Assembly: GCA_001799845.1 (NCBI GenBank)
Contig: MGUG01000040.1
Location: 5,499 to 69,498 of the forward strand
Length of the DNA stretch: 64,000 nt
Reading direction: 5' to 3'
Source: Elusimicrobia bacterium GWC2_64_44
Lineage (GTDB): Bacteria > Elusimicrobiota > Elusimicrobia > Elusimicrobiales > UBA9959
Shown: piece after piece, positions 50,901-59,939 of the stretch
How the letters are laid out: each line of letters opens with the position of its first letter
Numbering within the stretch: the first letter of the stretch is position 1
Made by a program: the position numbers and the translations under genes
The notes under the pieces: generated by a model
Told to the model about the DNA's origin: nothing
Seen by the model: the letters and a program-made list of their open reading frames with translations, nothing else
Database searches by the model: none

Positions 50901-51812
50901 CAGCCGGGTCAGGTCGGCAAAAGCCTCTGCGGCGTCTATCTTGGCCACCAGGCCCCAGCCCAGGGAGGGCAGGTACCGCCAGGCCGCCACCACGTCCTTG
51001 CCCCGGTAGTCGGGCGCCAGGCCAGTGCCCGTCTCCCCCTGCACCGCCTTCTGCAGGGGAAGGCCGTTTTTGCTTCCTATGGGCGTATACCGGGACAGGG
51101 CGGCCGTCGGGTCGTGCCTGAGAGGGTTAAGGAACAGCGCCCCGTCCCGCTCCAGCCTTCCCAGCAGCACTTCCCCCGACGCGCCCAGCCCTGTATAATC
51201 CCGCGTAAGTTTGTAGACCGGCTCCATGTCCAGTTCGAATACTATGACCCCGCTGAAGGCGCTGGCGAAGTCGGCGGCGGGGCCTACCAGCAGCATGCCT
51301 GGCCTGCCGCCTTCCACCTTATTGGGGAACACCTCGGAAACATACACCCCGCTCTTTCCGCCGGCGAAGGCTTTCCGCCCGGGCGCGGGGAGACTTTTCA
51401 GAAATTCTTTTTTTGAATGTTCTCCGTCGCTGGCGTAGACTATGGTGCCGTCGGGGCCGGCCAGCATGATATCGGCCAGGCCCAACCGGGCCTGCATGGG
51501 CCGCAGCTGGCCGTCCAGTATTTTCTTCGCGGCAAGGGCCTCCGGGTCGGCTGGGTTTCCGGCCAGGCGCAGGAGCGCGGGGAGGTTATTCTTTATCCTG
51601 TAGGAATCCCGGGCCGTCTCCAGGTTGGCCTTCAACTGGCCGAAATAGGTTTCCAGGATATTGGCGTTAAAGGCGGCCAGGTGTTCCAGCTCCGCCAGCC
51701 GGCCGGCCGTGTAGGAGCCCTTGTAATTATCGAACGTCAGCACGCCCACAAAGGCCGCCGGGACCAGCGCCACCGAGAGGTAGGTTATCAGGAGTTTGGA
51801 TCTGATAGACAT
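47964..51812 (-). CDS. multidomain sensor histidine kinase (Cache-like periplasmic, HAMP, PocR-like, PAS x3, GAF, HisKA, HATPase)
   Basis: Start moved to MSIRSKLLITYLSVALVPAAF. HAMP (DEIGALSRAFDAMTENL), PocR-like Cys motif (CTKFHRVHPQACANC...YKCKNGLWD), H box AHELRNPL, N/G boxes. Confidence 0.85.
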   Translation of the reverse strand: MSIRSKLLITYLSVALVPAAFVGVLTFDNYKGSYTAGRLAELEHLAAFNANILETYFGQLKANLETARDSYRIKNNLPALLRLAGNPADPEALAAKKILDGQLRPMQARLGLADIMLAGPDGTIVYASDGEHSKKEFLKSLPAPGRKAFAGGKSGVYVSEVFPNKVEGGRPGMLLVGPAADFASAFSGVIVFELDMEPVYKLTRDYTGLGASGEVLLGRLERDGALFLNPLRHDPTAALSRYTPIGSKNGLPLQKAVQGETGTGLAPDYRGKDVVAAWRYLPSLGWGLVAKIDAAEAFADLTRLRNLLLAILGLIFVVSGITALSLSRSVSVPLEKLAEGAAAVGGGNLDYKVGTSRRDEIGALSRAFDAMTENLKKTTASRDMLDAEVIERKRAEQERELYLADLKESESRVRLKIESILAPQGDIGKLELSDIIDAKEFQGLMDDFYALAKIPMAIIDLKGRVLVGVGWQDLCTKFHRVHPQACANCVESDTQLTAGVPPGEFRLYKCKNGLWDVATPIMLGGRHTGNLFIGQFFLQDDPPDREFFRAQAGRYGFDEAAYLAAFERIPRLRRESLDTTMGFFLKMAHIISRLSFGNISLARTLAEREELTGSLKESEQRLNKAQEIAHLGSWELDLVKNVLTWSDEAYRIFGYEPGEIAATYETFLEAVHPDDRALVNEAYTGSLREGRDTYETEHRVLRRGTGEVRYVHERCTHVRDGAGVIIRSVGMSHDITERRNREIEHAKLNRALRARGNSDQAMLHAESEQEYLEMMCRIIVEDCGHPFVWVGFAEQDEAKTVRPAAQAGFEAGYLKKLNITWGDGPTGRGPTGTAIRTGKPVGCGDIHTDPAFAPWRGEALARGYASTLALPLLAGGKAFGALNIYSKTPGSLQAGEEVALLSRLADDLAYGLRTMRLRAAHRLSEEEVQRMARVGVWELDLPTGQLTWSKELYRILEQDPETVSASVENFLALVHPEDREKVRGAYAGAAGPAAGELDYRLRMKDGRIKCVHESLTLVYGADGGQLRRMGTVHDVTEQKAFEAGLLAAQAELARAKRLSDIGTLAATVAHELRNPLATIGIAAVNIKRKAKNPDLQRHLDNIDKKVFESNQIINNLLFYSRLKPPHYERVAILDLLEESVGGAEENSKGSLSIGRDLGGLAGVYIEADPIQVREVLNNLLNNAADALEGGPGKIEVSGARENGSVRITVRDSGKGIDKETLDRAFDPFFTTKAKGTGLGLAVCRNIVDFHGGTIELQSEPGRGTAASVTLPCARPAGPAART

Positions 51813-52426
51813 AACAGTCCCGCGCCCAGCAGCACGAACAGCGCCGCCGTGACGAAAGCCATCGCCGAATTTGTTCCGGGCACGAAATAGTAGAGGCGCG
51901 GCGCGTCCGCGGCGTAGCCGGCCAGCGCCACCGCCCCCACGGCGGCCACCAGCCAGCCGGGAAGTTTGAGCCACCGGCGGGAGAGGAAGGGAATGTGCAT
52001 GGCAAGCAGGCCGGCCGCCGCGAACACCAGGAAATTCAGCGCCGTAGGCAGCGACGGCCGCCCGGGGACCACGGTCTTCACGCCGCCAGGGAGCTCCTTA
52101 ACGAACAGGTCCTCCAGCCCGGTATGCGCGCCCAAGAGGCTGGAGAAAAACAAGGTCCCCATTATGAGCAGCAGAGGCAAAGAGGTGAGATACAGCGCCA
52201 CCTGCGCCCTGTCTGCCTCCCCCTCGGCGGCCAGGGCCACGAAGTAAAGGGTTACGCCGCTCAGCGCGAAGGAGAGGGCGGTGATGAACTTCATGGAGAC
52301 CCAGCCGGGGAAAACGCTCTTCAGCGCGCCGATATCGAAGATCCAGCCCGCCATCACCAGGAGCCCGGCCGCGAACACCGCGCCGGCCAGTATCTTTGCC
52401 GCTTTTATTTTGGTCGCCTGTTCCAT
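51788..52426 (-). CDS. six-TM membrane protein resembling N-terminal sensor modules of kinases
   Basis: GWIFDIGALKSVFPGWVSMKFITALSFALSG motif. Stop overlaps the HK start by 25 nt. Confidence 0.6.
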   Translation of the reverse strand: MEQATKIKAAKILAGAVFAAGLLVMAGWIFDIGALKSVFPGWVSMKFITALSFALSGVTLYFVALAAEGEADRAQVALYLTSLPLLLIMGTLFFSSLLGAHTGLEDLFVKELPGGVKTVVPGRPSLPTALNFLVFAAAGLLAMHIPFLSRRWLKLPGWLVAAVGAVALAGYAADAPRLYYFVPGTNSAMAFVTAALFVLLGAGLLCLSDPNS

Positions 52427-52595
52427 AGCCTCTCTGCGGGCAAATAAAAGAGGACCCGCGCAAAGCGCAGGCCCCCCCCGTAAACCACCCGGGATATATT
52501 TTAGTATGAAGAAAGCGCGGGTATCAGCTCAGGTTTCCTCTTTTAATTGACATATTTCCGCATTACGGCGCCGCGCCCGGTCCATGCGCGGCGGT

Positions 52596-54494
52596 TCAGT
52601 CGCAGCACTTGAAGAACGAGACGGACAGCGGCGGCAGCGTGAGCGACAGGGAGTAGGGCCGGCCGTGCGACTGGTAGTCGCCCGCCTGCACCCCGCCCAG
52701 GTTGCCCTGGCCGCTGCCCCAGTAGGTTGTGGAGTCGCTGTTGAGCAGCTCCTTCCAGAAACCGCCGCGCGGCACGCCCACGCGGTAGCCGGCGCGCGTC
52801 ACCGGGGTGAAATTGCAGACCACCAGCACGGTGTCCTCGGCCTTCTCGCCCTTGCGCAGGAAGGCGGTCACGCTCTGCTGCGAGTCGTTGGCGTCCACCC
52901 AGTCGAAGCCGGCCGGATTGCAGTTCAGCTCGTGCAGCGCGGGCTCGGCCTTGTAGAGGGCGTTGAGGTCGCGCACCCAGTTCTGCATGCCGGCGTGCGG
53001 CGGGTGGCCGGCCTGGTGCCAGTCCAGCGAGCGGTCGTGGTTCCATTCCCCCCACTGGCCGAACTCGCCGCCCATGAACATCAGCTTCTGGCCGGGCTGC
53101 GCGTACATGCCGCCGTAGAGGAGGCGGAGGTTGGCGAACTTCTGCCAGTCGTCGCCGGCCATCTTGGCGAGCAGGGAGCCCTTGCCGTGCACTACCTCGT
53201 CGTGCGAGAGGGGCAGCACGAAGTTCTCGCCCCAGGCGTAGATCATGCGGAAGGTCAGGTCGTTGTGGTGGAATTTGCGGAACACCGAGTCGCGGGAGAA
53301 ATAGCGCAGCGTGTCGTGCATCCAGCCCATGTCCCACTTAAGGCCGAAGCCCAGCCCGCCTATGTAGGTGGGGCGCGAGACCATCGGCCACGCGGTGGAT
53401 TCCTCGGCGTAGGTCTGGGTGTCGCCGTAGTTCTCGTAGACCACGTGGTTGAACTGCTTCAGGAAGGCGATGGCCTCCAGGTTCTCGTTGCCGCCGTACT
53501 TGTTAGCCACCCACTGGCCGCCCTTGCGGGAATAATCGAGGTAGAGCATCGAGGCCACGGCGTCAACGCGCAGCCCGTCGATATGGAACTTGTCCAGCCA
53601 GAACAGCGCCGACGACAGCAGGAAGCTCTTCACCTCGTTGCGGCCGAAGTTGAAGATGGCGCTGCCCCAGTCGGGGTGGTAGCCCTGGCGCGGGTCGGCG
53701 TGCTCGTAGAGGCAGGTGCCGTCGAACCTGGCCAGGCCGTGCGCGTCGGAGGGGAAATGCGCGGGCACCCAGTCCAGTATGACGCCTATGCCGGCCTGGT
53801 GCAGGGAGTCCACCAGGAACATGAAATCCTGCGGTGTGCCGTAGCGTGAGGTCGGGGCGAAGTAGCCGGTGGTCTGGTAGCCCCACGAGCCGTAGAACGG
53901 GTGCTCGGTGACGGGCATCATCTCGACGTGGGAGAAGCCCATGTACTTCATATAGGCGGGCAGCTCGGCTGCCAGCTCGCGATAGCTCAGCGGCACATTG
54001 TCGCCGCGCCTGCGCCAGGAACCCAGGTGCAGTTCGTAGATGGAGACCGGGCTCTTCAGGCCCACTTTCGCGCCGCGCTCTTTCATCCAGGCGGCGTCGC
54101 CCCAGTCGTAATCGAGCGTCGCCACCACCGAGGCGGTCTTGGGCGCCTCTTCGGAAGAGAAGGCCATCGGGTCGGCCTTTTCGGCGCTGAAGTTGTCGAA
54201 GTTGGAAACGATGAAATACTTGTAGTTCTGGCCGGCCTTCACGCCGGGGATGAAGCCTTCCCAGATACCGGAGGCGCCGCGCTGGTGCAGCGGGTGGCGG
54301 GCTTTGTCCCAGCCGTTGAAGTCGCCCGTCACGAACACCTGGCGCGCGTTGGGCGCCCAGACCGCGAAATGGGTGCCGTCGACGCCGTCCACCGTGGCCA
54401 GGTGGGCGCCGAGCTTGTCGTAAAGCCGCAGGTGGTTGCCCTCGTTGAAGAGGTAGAGGTCCTGGTCGCTGAGCAGCTTGATGTTGTTGGCCAT
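52596..54494 (-). CDS. glgB: 1,4-alpha-glucan branching enzyme
   Basis: GH13 motifs [37 protein letters not shown] start MANNIKLL (track TTG at 54509). Confidence 0.9.
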   Translation of the reverse strand: MANNIKLLSDQDLYLFNEGNHLRLYDKLGAHLATVDGVDGTHFAVWAPNARQVFVTGDFNGWDKARHPLHQRGASGIWEGFIPGVKAGQNYKYFIVSNFDNFSAEKADPMAFSSEEAPKTASVVATLDYDWGDAAWMKERGAKVGLKSPVSIYELHLGSWRRRGDNVPLSYRELAAELPAYMKYMGFSHVEMMPVTEHPFYGSWGYQTTGYFAPTSRYGTPQDFMFLVDSLHQAGIGVILDWVPAHFPSDAHGLARFDGTCLYEHADPRQGYHPDWGSAIFNFGRNEVKSFLLSSALFWLDKFHIDGLRVDAVASMLYLDYSRKGGQWVANKYGGNENLEAIAFLKQFNHVVYENYGDTQTYAEESTAWPMVSRPTYIGGLGFGLKWDMGWMHDTLRYFSRDSVFRKFHHNDLTFRMIYAWGENFVLPLSHDEVVHGKGSLLAKMAGDDWQKFANLRLLYGGMYAQPGQKLMFMGGEFGQWGEWNHDRSLDWHQAGHPPHAGMQNWVRDLNALYKAEPALHELNCNPAGFDWVDANDSQQSVTAFLRKGEKAEDTVLVVCNFTPVTRAGYRVGVPRGGFWKELLNSDSTTYWGSGQGNLGGVQAGDYQSHGRPYSLSLTLPPLSVSFFKCCD

Positions 54495-54500
54495 ATTGTG

Positions 54501-54508
54501 ATGATACA
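54501..54508 (-). promoter_or_regulatory. extended -10 TGTATCAT, 6 nt before the glgB ATG (leaderless geometry)
   Basis: Minus strand reads atTGTATCATcacaatATG. Confidence 0.4.
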
Positions 54509-54542
54509 ATATTGGCCGCCCCGCGGGCCGTGGCGCGGCGCC

Positions 54543-55466
54543 TCAGTCCCCGGCGTCCGGGCAGGCCGGCATCTCCACGAAAAAGGTGGAGCCTTTTTTC
54601 TCTTCGGACTCGGCCCAGAGCCTGCCGGAGCAGGCTTCGGCGAGGTGCCGGGAGATAGACAAGCCCCCCTGTTCCACGCCGGGCGCGTCAGCGCCGCTGA
54701 ACAGCCGCCGGACCCTGAGCAGCTCGCTTTTCTTTATGCCGGGCCCGTTATCGGAGACGCTGTAGATCACCTTGGCGCCGCGCCGCTCGCCCCGTACCGT
54801 TATCTCCGGCCTGCGGCCGGCGGCCCGGTACTTCAGGGCGTTGCCTATCAAGTTCAGCAGGATGCGGCTCATCGCCTCCGGAGACGATTGGCAAGCCAGC
54901 AGGGCTTCGACTTTGATCACGGCGCCCGCCTCCTTGATCTGGCAGGCCAGGCCGAGCTGCACCTCTTTTACAAGAGCCGGCATATCCACCGGCCGGGGCC
55001 GGATCTTCAGGTGCCCGGCCTGCGGCACCACGGGCGCGGCCAGGTCCCGCTGCAGATGCACCATCATCGCGCTAAAGCGGCCCTCGCCGTCCACCACCGG
55101 GCAGACCACGGCCTCGTAGTTCCGGCCGCCCTCGCTGAACCGCAAGGTCTCGGTACCCTGCGTGCCCAGGGCCCGCTCGAAAGGGCAGTCCTCGATGGGG
55201 CGGCCGGAGGCGTGAACGAGCTCGTAACAGCACCGCCCTATCATATCCCACACAGAACGCCCCAGCAGCCGGGCGGCGGCCTCGTTGGCCGCCAGTATGC
55301 GGCGCTCACCGTTCATCACCCACGCCGCTTCGGTGAGGCCTTTGATCGTGGTTTCCAGCTCACGGAGCGTACCCCTGGCCGCGAGGCCGGCTTTTTTTTC
55401 AGGGCGCGCGGCGTCGTCCGCGCCCTTCTTACCGGGCTGGCCGTTCTTCTTGTCGTTATCGGACAT
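54543..55466 (-). CDS. PAS + HATPase_c protein lacking a recognisable H box
   Basis: PAS with CCYELVHASGRPIEDCPFERAL. N box LLNLIGNALKY, G1 DNGPGI. No H-E/D-L-R-x-P-L segment between them. Confidence 0.7.
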   Translation of the reverse strand: MSDNDKKNGQPGKKGADDAARPEKKAGLAARGTLRELETTIKGLTEAAWVMNGERRILAANEAAARLLGRSVWDMIGRCCYELVHASGRPIEDCPFERALGTQGTETLRFSEGGRNYEAVVCPVVDGEGRFSAMMVHLQRDLAAPVVPQAGHLKIRPRPVDMPALVKEVQLGLACQIKEAGAVIKVEALLACQSSPEAMSRILLNLIGNALKYRAAGRRPEITVRGERRGAKVIYSVSDNGPGIKKSELLRVRRLFSGADAPGVEQGGLSISRHLAEACSGRLWAESEEKKGSTFFVEMPACPDAGD

Positions 55467-55577
55467 CAATTACCCTCACCTGCTAATCTTATCTTTTGAG
55501 CTCCGGCCGCCGCATACCCTTTTAATGGTAAGGAAGGGACGGCCGCCCTCACCCCCCGGGGAGAACGGCCGCCGCCA

Positions 55578-55612
55578 ATACAAAAGGGGCCGCCGACTAC
55601 GGCAGGCCCCTC
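55578..55612 (-). terminator. rho-independent terminator after the NarL-type RR
   Basis: Minus strand reads aggggcc-N13-ggcccct followed by tttgtatt. Confidence 0.6.
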
Positions 55613-55677
55613 TAACCCGGGTAAAGATTACAACTTAAACCCGGGGGTGCAAATCCCCTTTAAGTGGTATACGACTT

Positions 55678-56316
55678 TTACGGCTTGGCCAGGCCCTCCC
55701 TTATGGCGTAGCGGACCAGGTCGGTCTGTTTGTGAATGTCGAGTTTGGACGAGATATTGCGCCGGTGCACATGCACCGTCTGCGGAGAGATAGAGAGTTT
55801 GGCGGCTATTTCCCTGTTCCCCAGGCCGCGGGCTATCAGCCTCACCACTTCTTTCTCCTTGCCGGTCAGGTCGGAGCAGGCCCGCCTGCGGTCGCGCTGT
55901 ACGCCGCTGATATGTTCGATGGAAGGGCTGAGGTAGCGGAGTCCGCCGAAGACGGAGCGCAGCGCCCGGGTTATCTCCCCGGCGGCGCTTTCCTTGACCA
56001 GGTAGCCGCTCGCGCCGGCGCGCAGGGCCCGCTCCACCGTGGGCCTGTCGTCGTGCATGCTCAGGATGATGACCTTGGCGGCGGGATCCCTGCCCAGCAG
56101 CTCCGCCATGGCCTCCAGGCCGTTGGGCGGCGGCATGGAAATGTCGTAGACGTAAACGTCGGCCGGGCTGCGCCGGGCCAGCTCCAGCGCCGCGCGGCCG
56201 CAGGCGGCTTCGCCGGTAACGGCGATGTCCGGCGCGGTGCGCTTTATCACGGCCTTGAGGCCCTCCACCACTATGGGGTGGTCGTCGGCGATATGGATAC
56301 GGATCTTGGTGCTCAT
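55678..56316 (-). CDS. NarL/FixJ-family response regulator (REC + LuxR HTH)
   Basis: RIHIADDHPIVVEGL, DISMPP, LTGKEKEVVRLIARGLGNREIAAKLSISPQTV. Confidence 0.9.
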   Translation of the reverse strand: MSTKIRIHIADDHPIVVEGLKAVIKRTAPDIAVTGEAACGRAALELARRSPADVYVYDISMPPPNGLEAMAELLGRDPAAKVIILSMHDDRPTVERALRAGASGYLVKESAAGEITRALRSVFGGLRYLSPSIEHISGVQRDRRRACSDLTGKEKEVVRLIARGLGNREIAAKLSISPQTVHVHRRNISSKLDIHKQTDLVRYAIREGLAKP

Positions 56317-57404
56317 AGTTCGACACCTTTAGGGCCCGGCGTGAGCGGCAGGTGGGCCTTTACCCGCGTTCCGCGGCCGGGCGCCGCGTAGACTGACAGC
56401 CGCCCCCCGGCGGCTTTGGCCGAATCGGCCATGATCTTGAGCCCGAGGCAGTCCCGCTCCGCGCCGCGGGCGGCTGGGTCGAACCCACCCCCGTCGTCGC
56501 TGACCTCCAGCGTCAGCCACTTGCCCTCGCGCGCCGCCGTCAGGCCGACGCGCCGCGCGCCGGAATGGCGCTCGGCGTTGGTGAGCGCTTCCTGCGCTAT
56601 CCGGTACAGCACTATCGCCGACGGGCTGACGGAGACGGCTTTCCCGCCCCTGAAGGATAATTTCCGGCTAACCTTGATGCCGGAGCGGCGCTCGAAGGCC
56701 GCGGCCAGCACCGACAGCGCGGCGCCCAGCCCGGAGACGGTCAGCGAGGGGGGCCAGCTCTCCACGCAGGACTGCTTGAGCCCGGAGGCGGATTCCCTGA
56801 GCAGTTTGCCGGCGCGGGCTATGCCGGCCAGCGCTTCTTCTTTATCGCCCCGCTGCACGCTCTCTTCCAGCAGCAGCAGTTCGGCCGACAGCCCCACCTG
56901 CATGGCGCCAAGCGCGTCGTGCAGGCCCGCGGCCAGGCGCTTTTTTTCGGCCTCCCGCTCCTGCATAAGGCGGCCCGAAAGCATGCGGCCCTCCTCCTCC
57001 AGCCCGCGGCGCCAGGTGACGTCGCGCTCCACCAAAATGCCGTAAAGTTTGCCGCCGTCGCGCACGTTGGTGGCCGTCACCTCCGTGACCAGGGGCGCGC
57101 CGCCGGGGCGGCTGTGGCTGACCTCGAAAGCTTCTTTCCCTCCCGGGGTTAGCGAGGCGCCCAGCACGGTGACCGGCTTGCCCGCCAGCCCGCCGCGCCC
57201 GAAGCCGTGCAGCGCGAGCGCCGCGGGGTTGGCGTAAAGTATCACGGGCGTGGCGCTCTCGGAGAGCTCCAGGAGCAGGACGGAATCCTTGGAATGCTCG
57301 AGCACCAGGCGGTAAAGCCCGTCCCCGTTGACCTTGTCCTTGTTACCGGCGCGCATAGCGACGATATTCTGGCATAAGTCGCCCCCGCTGTTCAACCGCG
57401 GCAC
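56313..57404 (-). CDS. cytoplasmic PAS sensor histidine kinase (HisKA_3 type)
   Basis: H box LAAGLHDALGAMQ, N box EALTNAERHS, DDGGGF. 4-nt overlap with the RR gene. GTG start. Confidence 0.8.
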   Translation of the reverse strand: MPRLNSGGDLCQNIVAMRAGNKDKVNGDGLYRLVLEHSKDSVLLLELSESATPVILYANPAALALHGFGRGGLAGKPVTVLGASLTPGGKEAFEVSHSRPGGAPLVTEVTATNVRDGGKLYGILVERDVTWRRGLEEEGRMLSGRLMQEREAEKKRLAAGLHDALGAMQVGLSAELLLLEESVQRGDKEEALAGIARAGKLLRESASGLKQSCVESWPPSLTVSGLGAALSVLAAAFERRSGIKVSRKLSFRGGKAVSVSPSAIVLYRIAQEALTNAERHSGARRVGLTAAREGKWLTLEVSDDGGGFDPAARGAERDCLGLKIMADSAKAAGGRLSVYAAPGRGTRVKAHLPLTPGPKGVEL

Positions 57405-57430
57405 GACGGGCGGCGCGCGCGGATTTAAAT

Positions 57431-57438
57431 TGTATAAT
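57431..57438 (+). promoter_or_regulatory. extended -10 (TGTATAAT) for the RR-TBDR-PBP-HK operon
   Basis: Located 60 nt upstream of the ATG at 57498. Confidence 0.4.
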
Positions 57439-57497
57439 CTGTGACATCGGGCCGGGATCGCGTGTAAGCCGGCCGCTCTATCTTAAGGAAGGCCGCC

Positions 57498-57962
57498 ATG
57501 AAGAACATCCAGGTACTGCTCATCGAAGACAATCCCGGGGACGCGGAACTGACCAGGCAGGCCCTGGCCTCTTCCAAGCTCTCCATTGACCTAAAAGTGC
57601 TCGACGACGGCGAGAAGGCGCTGAAGTACCTGCGCCGCGAGGACCCCTACCAGGACGCGGAGCGTCCCGACCTGCTGCTGCTGGACCTCAACCTGCCCAA
57701 GGTCTCCGGCGAGGAAGTGCTGCGCGCCGTGAAGGCCGACCGTGACCTGCGCGCCCTGCCCGTGGTGGTGCTGACCTCCTCCGAGGCCGAGACCGAGGTG
57801 TCGCGCTGCTACGCCGCCGGCGCCAACTGCTACGTGGTAAAGCCCGTGGATTTCGCCTCCTTCATTGAGATCGTGGCGTCGATAGAGCATTTCTGGTTCT
57901 CCGTGGTGAAGATGGACCCCAAGAGAAGAACGAAGAACCCCGAAAAGCCCTCCGCCAGGTGA
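57498..57962 (+). CDS. single-domain response regulator (Rcp1-like receiver)
   Basis: LLIEDNPGD, LLLLDLNLPKVSG, VVVLTSS, YVVKP, EHFW. Confidence 0.85.
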   Translation: MKNIQVLLIEDNPGDAELTRQALASSKLSIDLKVLDDGEKALKYLRREDPYQDAERPDLLLLDLNLPKVSGEEVLRAVKADRDLRALPVVVLTSSEAETEVSRCYAAGANCYVVKPVDFASFIEIVASIEHFWFSVVKMDPKRRTKNPEKPSAR

Positions 57963-57982
57963 GCGCCGTCATAAAGAACGAC

Positions 57983-59929
57983 ATGATAAAAGCCTCGCTG
58001 AAACTCGCGCTGCTCTGTCTGCTCCCCGCCGCCGCCTCCTCCCAGGAATCCGACCTGGACTTTTTCGATTTCGAACGGGCCTCGCTGGCCGACATCATAG
58101 ACCAGCGCACCGGCGTCACCTCCCGGCTGGAGTTCGCCGCCCGCCAGGCCCCCGGCCTGGTTACGGTGCTGAGCCGCGAGGAACTGCGCCACTCCGGGGC
58201 GCGCAGCCTGGCCGACGCGCTGCCGCTGGTGCCCGGCCTGGAGTTCGCCGTGGACGTGGAGGGCAATATCGGCCTCGGCATCCGGGGCAACTGGGCGCAC
58301 GAGGGCAAGGTGCTGGTACTCGTCGACGGCCAGCGCTACAACGAGGCCTTCTTCGGCACGGCGCAGCTGGAGAGGATCTCCATAGAGCAGGTGGAGAAGA
58401 TAGAGGTCATACGCGGCCCCGGCTCGGTAGTCTACGGCGGCAGCGCGGGCCTGGGCGTGGTCAAGATCACCACGCGCGGGGGCAAGTCCATCGACGGCTC
58501 TGCCGCGGCCGCCTCTTACGGCCTGATGACCCGCGGCGGAAAGGCCGGTTCCTTCAATTTCGCCTACGGCAGGCACGGCGCCGGCTCTGAACTGACGGCG
58601 CAGCTCTACCTGGCCGCGGCGGACCGCAGCGACCGCAGGTATACCGATTTCCAGGGCGGCTCCTACTCCATGCGCGGCAACTCCGACCTGGAGAGCCGCA
58701 ACGTCAACCTGGGCTACAGGAAGGGCGGTTACAGCGCCAGGCTGATAGCCGACCAGTACCGCACCACCCAGCGCGACCATTACGACGATTCCGTCCTGCC
58801 CCGCCCGATGGACAGGAACTTCGACGCCTACTTCGCAGAATTCAGCAGGGAATTTTCCCCGGCAGACGGCCTTACCTTTACGCCGTCGCTAAACTACAGC
58901 TACCAAGAACCCTATAAAGGCTACGACGCGACTTATTATCCACGCGATAAGCGCAGCCAGTACATCAAGGGCACGGTCAACGCCGTTTACGCCGTTTCTT
59001 CGCGCATGAAGCTCTCCGGGGGAGCGGAGTTATCGGCGGACTTCGCCGAGCTGATACCGCCCACGACAGCCTACTGGTTTTTCCCTGGCGGCAAGCGCTC
59101 GGTAGACTACGGGAACTCGGCTATTTTCGTGGAGGGCGTGGCCGAAACAGGCCTGGGCACTCTCTCGGCCGGCGCCAGGTACGACAAGCATGAGAAATTC
59201 GCGCCGGCCTTCTCGCCGCGCCTGGCCTGGACCAGGGTGCTGGAGATCTTCCACCTGAAGGCCATCTACAGCCGGGCCTTCAGGGCGCCCGGCATAGATA
59301 ACCTGGCCGCGAATCCTGCCCTCAAACCCGAAAGGACCTCGGTCGCGGAGCTGGAAGCCGGCTTCAAGCCCGGGGAGGACCTCTACCTTACGGCGGGCGT
59401 CTTCGACATCAGGATAGACGAGCCGATAGTTTTCTACGTGGAGGGCGGCACGCAGAAATACGGCAACTACGGCGAGACCGGCACGCGCGGCCTGGAGCTG
59501 ACCGGCCGCGTGAAGAAGGCCTGGGGCTACGCCACGCTCACCTACTCCCACTACGTCGCCTACGACAACGAGGTGAATTTCTATAATTCCGGCGGCAGCG
59601 GCGCGCTGCTGGGCTTCGCCCGCAACAAAGTGACGCTCAATTCCTCGTTCAAAGTAGCGGAGAACTTCTCCGTAAGCCCTTCCGGAGTGTTTTATTCCGG
59701 CCGGCGCGGCTATTACGCCTCCGGCGCCACCAAACGCTTCGACGACAAGCTGGTGGCCGGCGTGAACTTCCTGCGCGACGGCCTGGCCGGCGGCAGGCTC
59801 AGCCTGGGGCTGGCGGTGCACGATATCTTCAACTCGGGCTACTCCTATATACAGCCCTACAACGGCGCGCATTCCCCCCTGCCCGCCCCGTCCCGCGAAA
59901 TACGGGCAAAACTCGATTACAAGTTCTAA
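57983..59929 (+). CDS. TonB-dependent receptor-like outer-membrane beta-barrel
   Basis: Signal peptide MIKASLKLALLCLLPAAASS. Plug motifs (VTVLSREELRHSGARSLADALPLVPGL, IEVIRGPGSVVYG). C-terminal ...LDYKF. The alternative GTG start at 57959 overlaps the RR stop. Confidence 0.75.
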   Translation: MIKASLKLALLCLLPAAASSQESDLDFFDFERASLADIIDQRTGVTSRLEFAARQAPGLVTVLSREELRHSGARSLADALPLVPGLEFAVDVEGNIGLGIRGNWAHEGKVLVLVDGQRYNEAFFGTAQLERISIEQVEKIEVIRGPGSVVYGGSAGLGVVKITTRGGKSIDGSAAAASYGLMTRGGKAGSFNFAYGRHGAGSELTAQLYLAAADRSDRRYTDFQGGSYSMRGNSDLESRNVNLGYRKGGYSARLIADQYRTTQRDHYDDSVLPRPMDRNFDAYFAEFSREFSPADGLTFTPSLNYSYQEPYKGYDATYYPRDKRSQYIKGTVNAVYAVSSRMKLSGGAELSADFAELIPPTTAYWFFPGGKRSVDYGNSAIFVEGVAETGLGTLSAGARYDKHEKFAPAFSPRLAWTRVLEIFHLKAIYSRAFRAPGIDNLAANPALKPERTSVAELEAGFKPGEDLYLTAGVFDIRIDEPIVFYVEGGTQKYGNYGETGTRGLELTGRVKKAWGYATLTYSHYVAYDNEVNFYNSGGSGALLGFARNKVTLNSSFKVAENFSVSPSGVFYSGRRGYYASGATKRFDDKLVAGVNFLRDGLAGGRLSLGLAVHDIFNSGYSYIQPYNGAHSPLPAPSREIRAKLDYKF

Positions 59930-59939
59930 GGCGAAGCTA

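Noticed and set aside
57371-57385. TGGCATAAGTCGCCC near the RR operon promoter region.
   Set aside because: The -12 GC is misplaced by 2 nt. It sits inside the N-terminal coding region of the minus-strand kinase, and a TGTATAAT box at 57431 explains the RR promoter better.
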